NCBI RefSeq assembly: GCF_000143415.4
Contig: NW_003314385.1
Coordinates: forward strand, 339,296 to 403,295
Source of the DNA: Selaginella moellendorffii
Taxonomy: Eukaryota > Plantae > Lycopodiophyta
Length of the DNA: 64,000 nucleotides
Direction: 5' to 3'
Shown: piece after piece, positions 1 to 9,893 of the stretch
Layout of the letters: each line of letters starts with the position of its first letter
Numbering within the stretch: position 1 is the first letter of the stretch
Made by a program: the position numbers and the translations under genes
The notes under the pieces: model-generated
Database searches by the model: none
What the model was told of the DNA's origin: nothing
What the model saw: the letters and a program-made list of their open reading frames with translations, nothing else

Positions 1-847
1 GAATTTTTGGCAAAATGATCAACAGATCAACCATTGGAAAAGTTTAAGAAAATTTGTGGAAAATTTTCCATCCCAGAGAAAGAATGACTCTTAATCCAGT
101 GGTTTAGTCAAAGATGAGACCGAAAAGAGAGTCATCAGGGACGAAGGATCAAACACATAAATCTTCTCTTTTGGAGAGATGATTTGCAACGAGGTGTTAA
201 GTTATTGCTCGTGTTCACATTATGCAATCGAGAGTCCCTATCTTGATGCATGTTGGAAATGATGGTCTTGCAAGTGGTGAGTCGTGGGATGGATAGTGAT
301 GAAGTGCTAAACCATTTTGTCTAGGCTTGCTATTAAAGATTGGGGTTGCAATGCTCAATTCTTTTTCGGGGAACTTTGCTATTGCTCCTTGAGCATCTTG
401 GTGTTGGATTAGTTTTGAGATTGGTCAGAAAGAGAGTGGCATGAGTTTGTCCGTGTTGTGAACAAAAGTTAGTGGTGTTGCATTTTGTCGATTCAAGTTG
501 GCACTTGATGCTCATATAAACCTTTGAAGTAATGACATAGGTGTTGCTCATGATGTTGCTTGATTGATGATCAAGACATTGTAATTTTTATATCATATCC
601 ATGTGCTGATGAGCAATGTGTTTACAAAGTTGTTTGGTTAAACGATTATTAACCCCAAAATGGTTGATGGTGAAGTTAATCTACTTACATATAGTAGCAT
701 TGTAGTAGCTTTAACTGGATTCTTGATGGTGGTCTATTGTGCTAAACTTGAGTTGGGTTTGCCTATAAGGTGTTGGAAAAGAGTTGTAGCATTCATTTGT
801 TATGGCTTGTCGGTTGATCCGTTAGCACTTAGAGTAAATTGTTAGAT
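1..847. mobile_element. Rearranged internal fragment of non-coding LTR family C
   Basis: 1-100 matches ~36030-36112 directly. From 101 the sequence matches ~40041 onward and the reverse complement of ~36500-37390. No credible ORF. Confidence 0.75.
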
Positions 848-1416
848 GGTCACCCAACCCAGTACTATTCAAACCCAAGGACATTTAACCCCAAGTATCC
901 CAAGACCCTTAACCAATTGGAAAAGGGGGTGCACTTTTATTCATGAGCCCTTTCCTTCTATATTTGAACCCTATGGACCGTCTCTTGAGTCGTTCCCTTT
1001 GGTTGTTTACAATCCACCACACTTCCCTGCAAGTTCACACCCTCGTGAACGGAAGCTGAGAGCCACAGCTCTCCCGAGAGCCCCGCTCTCTTGACACCCT
1101 ACCCCTCGGGTCGAGCCCAGCGGGAGCAAACTGGACTAGCTAGATGTCAATGTCAATCAATATGTAGTGTAATTCTCCTAGCCAACCAATAGAGTCGGAC
1201 TCGAGACTTCTCTGATACCAAATGTAAGCTCCTGAGTTTGGACTTCACGGGAGGTCACCCAACCCAGTACTATTCAAACCCAAGGACGCTTAACCCCAAG
1301 TATTCTAAGACCCTTAACCAATTGGAAAAAGGGGTGCACTCTTATTCATGGGCCCTTTCCCTCTATATTTGAACCCCATGGACCGTCTCTCGAGTTGTTC
1401 CCTTTGGTTGCTTACA
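848..1416 (-). mobile_element. Cassandra-like TRIM with 5S-rRNA-derived LTRs; 3' LTR truncated
   Basis: 5' LTR 1223-1416 (TGTAAG...CTTACA, 194 bp). PBS TGGTATCAGA at 1211-1220. About 210 bp non-coding interior. PPT-like GGGAAGTGTGGTGGAT at 1012-1027. Second LTR copy 848-1011. Confidence 0.88.
1240..1313 (-). ncRNA. 5S rRNA-derived segment (Pol III A-box/IE/C-box) inside the TRIM LTR; not a complete 5S gene
   Basis: Minus strand reads GGTTAAGCGTCCTTGGGTTTGAATAGTACTGGGTTGGGTGACCTCCCGTGAAGTCC. Plant 5S as recalled reads AGTTAAGCGTGCTTGGGCGAGAGTAGTACTAGGATGGGTGACCTCCTGGGAAGTCC. Confidence 0.85.
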
Positions 1417-2420
1417 AGAACCCGAGGTTTAAGGCCTTGGGCCACTAAACGAAGGAACAGCGCCAAACCCCCAAGCATGGAGCCAAGGAGTGATGGTACT
1501 GGTCCACGGAGCAACTGCCAAGCATATAGCCCAAGGAGTGAAGGAACAAGGGCATTGAGCAACTTGGAACAGTCTTAGAGTATCCAGCATCCCAATGCCA
1601 GGACCAGCAGGCAAAACAGAGCCAAATGAAGTCTAGCGCTATTTCAGCATACCGGTGGCCTAACGTGAGGACATGGGTACTCCACCAGCTAGCATGGTGT
1701 GGAGTTTGGGCTTAGACCCAAGCCAGACGCAGAACAAGGACAAGCACGCAAGCGGGAGCTAAACTATGCCTCAGGTTGGTCGGCCATGCCCAACCTACCC
1801 ACTATCCCTACTATACATTTGGAACCCCCCGTAGGCCCCTTTATGGAACACATGCTTTGGGCTTTCACCCCAAGCCTCCCTTAGTATTAGGAGTTAGTCT
1901 CTGGGACAAGCTCAAAACTTACTAAATATGGAATGGTGCTAGATTACGAATTTGGACACGGGACAAACACCATTGTGTTCAGGACAATCTCTACATTCCA
2001 TAGATATGCCAGATGAGCAAATCTGGACACTTTCCATAAATAGCATTTGGGACCGAAATGAGACTAACACAAAGGGCATGATAGCGAGGGTGTTTGGCAG
2101 ACACGGTAAGCTATCATTCAGTGATATTGAGGGACCAATCTCAATATGCGAGGGTTCTTGTCAAGCCAGTGTAAGACAGAGCAAAAGAGAACTAACAAGT
2201 CGGGCCAAGTATACTTAGCTAAATAGACACTTAGGAGTTCCTTCCTTATGCTCATCTAGCCAAGTACAGATGCAAAGTCCAGTTTACTAACACTTGAACA
2301 AGAGGGGCTAATAAAGGGAACTAGCAATACCGACCTCCTGCCATCATGGCAGTAAGGTAAGAGTGTCTGTAAGGATTAGCCAACAGGTAACTTTCGAAAC
2401 TCGAAGTCACATTCGCGACA
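1417..2420 (-). mobile_element. Truncated LTR of the C/D family (C-type 3' module)
   Basis: Ends ATTCGCGACA, i.e. TGTCGCGAAT on the minus strand. Colinear with 38069-39088. Confidence 0.85.
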
Positions 2421-2575
2421 ACCTATGTGAAGTTGTAGGTAGGAGGAAGTTGGTTGAGTCTTGAAAGTTTGCATTCCTGGACTAAGAGTCATTCTTTCTT
2501 TGGGATGGAAAATTTTCCACAAATTTTCTTAGGCTTTTCCAATGGTTGATCTGTTGATCATTTTACCAAAAATTT
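2421..2575. mobile_element. Family C internal fragment
   Basis: Reverse complement of ~36030-36170 and of 1-100. Confidence 0.75.
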
Positions 2576-2814
2576 AGTGGCCCCAGCAGCCACCAAAGTG
2601 CCTGAGGTGGCCGGCCCGAGCTTGACTTCGGGCACTTTAGGGGCCGAAGGGGCCAAGGTTATTTGAATAACCACAATCCCTTGGGCAACCAAAGTGTCTG
2701 AGGTGGCTGGCCCAAGCTCAACCTTGCAGTTTTGTGGGCCGAAGGGCCAAGGTTATTTGCAAGGTGGCTGGCTCAGACTCAACCTCGAGCAATTTGGCCA
2801 CCCAAGTGGCCAAG
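2576..2814. repeat. GC-rich palindromic tandem repeat (~80 bp unit), left part; resumes at 19555-19710
   Basis: Recurring CCAAGGTTATT(T/C)(G/A)AATAACC and GAGGTGGC(C/T)GGCC motifs on both sides of element A. Confidence 0.7.
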
Positions 2815-4408
2815 TGTAAGCCACTAAAATTTTCCATTCTACTTTAGTCACTTAACCACACCTCTGACCACTTGGAGGAGTCTCATTCATAACCTCCTTA
2901 AGTGCAATTCAGGACTTGGGACTTGCTAGTCCCAAGAATGGCATCCATGCCACTCAACACTTGCACTTGGTCCAAGTGCTCCATGTGTCCAATCCCAAGA
3001 CCGACACCTAAAGGTACCACTGACATATCGGCCCGTTACACTAAGGCTATGCCCATTCACCTTTGCCACACTAGTGGTCCAATACCACTTGCATCACAAT
3101 CCCGTCTCTCCAAGACTGGGCCAACCATCCATGAGTGGTCATCCCAGATCTACTCCTTAGCATCTTTAGGATGCCTACCAACAAGGGGAACAGCCTTCCC
3201 CAATATCCCTCTGTCAGTCCCCACTAGGTCCCTTTTTGCCCTTGGCTGTGTTTGCCAACATTGCCACTGGATCGAGGCCCACAGGCCTGACCACTAAGTC
3301 CCATGGTCCTCTGGGACTTCCTCACCACATGACCGTATCCTTGGCCACCACACCAAAGGACTGCTCCTTTTCCTTTCCATAGTCTAGGACTTGGGGACAA
3401 CACTTCAGAACACTGTGGCCTTACGCGAGCCACCTGGGTACTCTCCCCGCCTTCCGCCTTTGGGTGCTCTAGCCATGGGCTTAGAGCGAGGTTCCGTTGA
3501 GCCACGCCTGGTATCCAAGTAGGTAGTGCCACCCACACTTGGACTGGGAGCATCGGCCAGTCGATCTCCCGGGGGAACTAGAGCTGGCTCTTGAACACTT
3601 CACTAAGCTACCCCGCTTGTCGGTCCATATTCACTCTAGTCTTGGACTTCCCAGTGGTCAGTTCATCACCCAACACTGGGTTTGGCCTTCCTGGGCCAAA
3701 CTGGCCTTTTCTGGCCAAACTGGCCTTTTCTGGCCAAACTGGCTCCACTGCAGTCCTCCCCATTACTATACTTTTGGAGCTCACCAAACCCCCCAGGGTC
3801 TGGGAGATGAATGCTTTGGGATTTCACCCTCTCAGACTCGAACTCGGACTCGGATTCAGACTCAGACTCGGATTCAGACTCGGACTCGAACTCGGACTCG
3901 GACTTTGGACTTGGGCTTGGTCTCGGCCTTAGCCTCGGTCTCGGTCTCGACTTCAGACTCCATCTCGGGCTCCATCTCGGGTCCATCTCGGACTCCATCT
4001 CGGTCCATCTCGGACTCCATCTCGGTCCATCTTGGACTCCATCTTGGGTCCATCTCGGTCCATCTCGGGTCCATCTCGGACTCCATCTCAGACTCCATCT
4101 CGGACTCCATCTTGGACTCCAGCTCGGACTCCAGCTCGGACTCCATCTCGGACTCCAACTCAGACTCCATCTCGGACACTTCCACGTGTCATGTGTTGGT
4201 CCTTTTGGGTCCCTTTTTGGAGCCTCGCTTATTGCTCACTTTGTGCTTGTTCCTCGAGCCCTTTTTTGGGAGTTCCACTCCTGCTCTCGACCTTTCAAGT
4301 CGGAGCTTTTGGTCCAAATGTGTTACGCTCGTTTGGCTTTCGATTCGGCCACTCCACGTGGCACCCTTCCGACTCCACTTTGGGGGCCTAGGGATTTTGT
4401 GTCTCACA
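2815..4408 (-). repeat. 3' LTR of element A (1594 bp)
   Basis: Direct repeat of 17726-19554; adjoins the PPT. Confidence 0.92.
3830..4176. repeat. Hexamer/dodecamer microsatellite (CTCGGA, CTCCATCTCGGA) in the A 3' LTR
   Basis: Directly visible tandem units. Confidence 0.95.
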
Positions 4409-7400
4409 ACTCCACCACCCATAGATGAAGTTCGATGTTCTCATCGAACGGTAAAACCTTTTAGAAAGTAACACCCGCATGTATTACTATTTCCGTCCTT
4501 AGCACCCAGCCAATGTTTGTCTATGGTTTGACACTGAAGGCTCACCATGCCTTATCCATTCTCTAAGGAGCATAACCTCTCCAACTTAGAGGCTCATTTG
4601 ACCACTTGAGGTGGTTCTCTTCTTTTATTGGTTTAGTTCTCACTAAACCGGTTTGAGACACCGTCTCTATCTCAATTCCACTACTCATTCTCGAGTAGTC
4701 TCAGATTCCATCGACATCACCTTTGCACTTTGGAACTTTTAATTTTGACTTTTCAGAGTTAATTTTCTAGGTGTCTCCGACACCCTACGTTGCACATGGT
4801 GCAACTCCACTTCCCTATCCTAGGAAGTTCTTTACTTGAGGGTACCATCACCCTCTCTTCGATATCGTGCCACCTTTGGCACCAAGTTCCAGTTATCATA
4901 ATTGGTGCTAGGGCTGCCCACGGCCCTATTATTTGGTTACCTTACCGCTCCTCCCTTTGAAGCATCCACTTTCGCCAAATTGAAGCGGTTGGGAATCCAT
5001 CCTTGGGGAAACATTACCTTTCCCACAATCCATTAGCACCCAACACATTAGTGTTCTCGGCCTAACTTTGCCATTTGGACTCTTTCCCATGATTCCCATG
5101 GCTCTTTTCTTAGCCACTAGTCTTTTGCTCCTATCCTTGATCGTTGCACCTAGCAACATAGGATCGCTACCTCCATTTTTGAGGTTTCCTTTCGGTTCCA
5201 TAGGAAACACTTGGCTTTGCCAAGTCTAGAGGGTGTTCACCCCTAGTACGTCTCTTTAACATTTTCTGTCGTGGGCTCTATCACAGCCCAACTTTTTGAG
5301 ACCCTCCCTTGGATCTCTTGTAGAGACTACTTTCCTTGGACTTACTATGCCATAGCATTGACATAGCTCATTTCCCTTAGGTGTTCTTCCCACTTGGTCA
5401 CTTTGACCAAGCCACACCTTTATCAATAGTTCAAATCAACACTTTGAACTAGGAATCATATTCCTTAACCCAAACAAAGATTTTGTCCTTATTTAGCCAC
5501 AAGATCACCTAGTGATCTCATCTTGACCCCTTAATAGGTCTATCAATAGGAACTAGGTCTTCCAAACCCTTCTAAGTTGTTGACTATGACCCTAGGGGCA
5601 TCCCCCACACTCGGCGGTGCGCCCAAGCCAGCCCTTTCGGCCAAGGATCCATAGCAACTGAGACTTGGGTGTCCCCATCTCATTCACCACGTCCTTGGTG
5701 CCCTTTGCACCAAAGTGTTCAAGTTAGATATGCTGAGCTTTCACTCTAAGCAATCTAACCGTGCATCACGACTCCAAGGCATCCCTCGCTTGGCAGTGTG
5801 CCCAAACCAGTCTCCTCACTGAGAGTCCATGACCACCGAAATATGAGTGTCCTCATATTCCAAACCATCACCATGCCCTAGTGATTTGGGACTCGAACCC
5901 AAGCACTAGAGGGTCAGGACTCGAACCCAACCTCCGTATATGCATCTACGGACGGCATCACCCTAGATGCCTGGCATGACTCCCCACGCTGGTGCACCAA
6001 CTTATACTTAAAGCGCGCTACAGATCACAGCTTAGGAAACTAGTTCCTCCATACTGCCAAGTCCTCTCACTTGACAAGTCCGTGATCATGCATGGACTCC
6101 TCCATGCTTGGCCCCATGGCCCACCCTTTTTGAAGTAATCAACTTCAACTAAGGTATTCGTTCCCCTGACTTGCCAATTTCGTTTGGCAAGTCCTTCGAC
6201 CATCGTAACATGATTCTTGCATAAGTGTGAAAGTCCTTAATCATCAACTTTTGTTCAAAGCCCTCTCTTTGAACACTCAAGAACTACTTCCCTAACCTTG
6301 ATAGCCTTGCCTCATGGCAAGCTTCAAGACCACGCTTCTGTTGCGCCACTCTGATTTCGCGTGTTTCATGAACCATTTACACTTGGCCTTTCTAGGTACT
6401 AAGTTACCTAGAATCATCTTTGGGAACCTTGAAGGAACTCTGTCCCTTAGCTTGCTAAAGCCTCCCTTTTCGCAAGCTTTATAGTTGCTATATAGTCTAA
6501 CATGGACAATTCCATATTTTAGACTCTCTATGGTCTCATGGTTGCTAGCAATAACATCCTCGAGCACCCTCTTGATTTTCCACTCCCAACTTGCATAACC
6601 ACCGTTGGATATGCCCTTCAATTTCTATGGTTTAGTTCAATCCCAATACTACTTGCCTTTTGACCCTATATGTTTCCTTTGGTTATTTTCCTCCAAACTA
6701 GGAGGATAGCTTTGCACATTTTACTATGCCTTAGCAAGTATGCTTAGGGATGAACCTACCTAATAGCATAGGGAGTGGTTCCTCAATTTTGGGCATGTTC
6801 ACCTTATAATCCCACACATCGGGGTTAACATTGCTGCTTATGGGCCTTTACATACCCATCACTAGCCTTGCCAAAATTCCATTTTTGGCTTTGTCCAATT
6901 CGGGTAGACAGTCTTCTCTTCTCTCCACAACATTAGACATTTGGATAGCACCTTCTATTCATCATTCGTTAGAGACTTAGTCCCTTGGGCCTTATCTATT
7001 GCCCTTGCGACACGAAACACCACCTTCTGGTGTTCTAGAGTGTTTGGGTGTTCTAATGATGGCTTTCGGACAATGAGCATTCCCGTTTACGACATTGACT
7101 TACTATATCGCAACATAAGCAATTTATCCCCCGTAAGGGTATATCTAACTTCCTTATACCATTAAGAAGTCTTGGGTAGCTACATTCTACCCGTTTAACC
7201 AATTATCTTGCACCTCTTGCTTAGTTGCCCCATAGCTGTCAAGTCCTACAACTCATTGCTTGGTGCTTCCACACCTCCATCATTATCTAAGTCACCACAC
7301 TCCAACCGCATGTCTTCTAGCTTAGGCCATGCCTTTCCCACTTCCGTTGGGATTCCCTTGGCAAAGGGTTCTTATGAACCCACCATCATAACCTCAAGGT

Positions 7401-8475
7401 ATCACACCTTGGCACATTTGGTGTCTCCACACCATCGGCCCCACGAGCCTACCCTTAGAACACTACTTATTAGTGTCTAAGTCTTTGCCAAGACCAATAT
7501 AGTTGTTCCTCATGCTAACTATTCGTTAGCACCGCACCATAGTGCTTGTTTCCAACTTTGGGCCAAAGTTGCTTTTTTCTAGGAACATCTTTCCCACAAC
7601 TTTAGTATGGCACATTCGGCCATTAATGAGATACCTACTGTTCTCATACTTGGATCTTATGATCCTCCCCATACCTCATGGGGCACCATACACCTCAATC
7701 CAAATGCTTCAACCAATCCCTTAGGACCATTTCCTGACTCCGCTTGAGTCATCCAGCATTTTGGACTTTGCTAATCCAACAACCTGCGAGGTCTTAGTCT
7801 TAGAAGTGTCAACTCACTGGAATACAACTTCTTGTATTCATGTCCTACTCACAAGGACAATCTTTGCAAGTGTTACTTTGACATTTGATGATTTTCTTAG
7901 GGCTAACCTTTGCCCCTTAGGACCACTTGTCCATGTGATGAGAATACCAACTCATCCTCTAAATACACCCCCACCTCCTTGGGTTGTTCTAGCATTTATT
8001 AGAGGTAGCTCTGGCTACCATTTCAAGGACTTGTGTCCTTTTCCGTATTTGACCTCCCGCGGTCATTATTTCTGGTCTCACATTCATGAGCACCCACCTC
8101 AAATATATGAGGATAATCTTGTGACTCCTTTATTGTTTTGGAGTCTTTATCTTTCCTGTGATCCTAACTATAGTTGTTTACCACAACTACATTAGCCAGT
8201 TTGCAAAGTCAAACTCTCATTTGGATCACATCCTCAACTTTATGAAGAAACCTTTATATTGTTCCCAAGATCCCAAAGTCGTTCCCTGTTAGGGTGTGGC
8301 CACCGAGAGAGTGAGAGAGAGGAAGGGAATATTCTGGTCCTTAGAATATTCCCCATCTTCCTTGTATAAAACCCTTGCCTCACAAGGGCGAGGGGGGGTA
8401 TTTTGTGGAGAGCAATGAAGCATTTCTCGTGTTTGAGCGAGTGTTGGGGGAAGCGCCCCTCCTTCCCCCAACAAA

Positions 8476-8492
8476 TGGTGAACCCGGCGTGA
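8476..8492 (+). promoter_or_regulatory. Primer binding site complementary to the tRNA-Trp 3' end
   Basis: TGGTGAACCCGGCGTGA pairs with the recalled plant tRNA-Trp end ...TCACGTCGGGTTCACCA (one G-U pair). Confidence 0.8.
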
Positions 8493-9325
8493 CGTGCAGG
8501 ACTTTCTAAAGCGTCATTTCTCTCTTTTCTTTTGGCCGCAGAGTTTGGGAAGGAATTCCTTGTTCATTTTGCGGTGGTTTTCTTTGATCTTGAGTGTGTT
8601 GGATAGGTCTGGAGCTCCTCTTTCCAGCAAGGTATGGCGCTCATCAAGCCGTGCAGTATTTGAAGAGATACAACATTTCTTGGCTCGGTCGGATGAACAT
8701 TTTGGGGGTTTTCACTTTCTTGCCTGGATCCTCGGCCAAATTTCTCAAGGTAGTGCATTTGGGCTTGTAGATTTGGCCTAAATCTATGAGTAGTGGTAGT
8801 TCTTGGCACTAGATTTGGGAGAATTGACGGCATGCAAAAGGATTTTCTTCTCCGGCTAGATTGGGTTATCTTTGTGGTAGGAATTCATGCTCCTCCATGC
8901 TTGGTTTTGGATGCCGTTTATTTCTAGAGGTGCTCCTAGTCCTAGGCTTTTGAGAAGTATAAACGGCGCCTTAGTGTCGATCTACATCATGGACATGCAC
9001 ATGTTTTTCCATAATGTTGGCGTTCTGGGCTACCTCTTTGTGGATTTTAGGGAATATTGAGGCAGTTTCTTCCCAAATTCTTGCGATATAAGGTAGACGG
9101 GGCTGAGCTCTTTCCAACGAGCCCACCAACAATCAAAATGGCGAAGGATCGAGACTAGAGGACTCATTTTTCTCTTTTGGGTTAAACTTCGTTGAGGGTT
9201 CCTTGGGAACGAAGCAATCTTCAAGGAACAGGTAACCGTAGGAACAGGAACAGGAGGAGCAGGAACAAAAGTTGGCGTAGAAACAGGGACAATAGGAATA
9301 GGCATAGGGATAGGAGTTGGTGTTG

Positions 9326-9783
9326 GAGCAAGCGCAGGAGTAGGAGCGAGAGTAGGGGTTACCGGTTACAGGTCACAGGTCCCTGGTTATCGGCTACCGG
9401 CTACTCCCGCGGCTACTCCAGTGGCTGCTCCAGCAACTACCCCGGTTACCGGCTACCGGCTACTCCAGTGGCTACTCCAGCGGCTACTCTAGTGGCTCCT
9501 CCAGCAGCTACTCCGAGTGGTCAATGTTTATTCTACGGGCCAACGGTTATCAATGGCTACCACTTCCGAGTGCCACCACCATCTCGGCGCTCCACCATAT
9601 CACTCCATCTTTCATCATTTCCACACTTACCACCCTTGGGCAACGCATCCCCTCTTCTACCTCTCTTTCTTTCTCGATTTCGGCCAATCCTTGGAGCATA
9701 CCGGAAGTCATCAAGAGGTTGCATTTGCATATTACACTTTCCTGAGCCGAAATCCAGGTATGGGTTAAGTTCTTTGGGTACTC
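9326..9783 (+). repeat. Internal direct repeat, 5' UTR copy, including a GGCTACTCC/CCGGTTA array
   Basis: Core 9509-9783 is nearly identical to 16797-17072. Confidence 0.9.
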
Positions 9784-9893
9784 CAGCGGTCGGCTCAAAG
9801 GCATTTTGAGCAACTTGAGCACTAGCCTACAGTCTTCTTGCTCCTATCAACCCAGTTGCCTTGACCGGGCATTTGCAGTGTTCAGGGTATTTG

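Noticed and set aside
848-1313. Functional 5S rRNA gene or array
   Set aside because: Only the internal promoter part is present, embedded in LTRs, without the 5S ends or an oligo-T terminator.
3539-4471. ORFs with SD/TR/LGLH repeats resembling bacterial Sdr adhesins (also 18450-19997)
   Set aside because: Stop-free frames produced by the hexamer microsatellite in the LTR; open in several frames on both strands.
5885-5935. Two GGTTCGAGTCC B-box-like motifs suggesting a tRNA or SINE
   Set aside because: No cloverleaf or A-box found; probably duplicated decayed integrase codons.
9670-9720. Hammerhead-like TGATGA...GAAA on the minus strand of the B internal repeat
   Set aside because: The core reads TTGATGA rather than CTGANGA, and stem II could not be formed convincingly.
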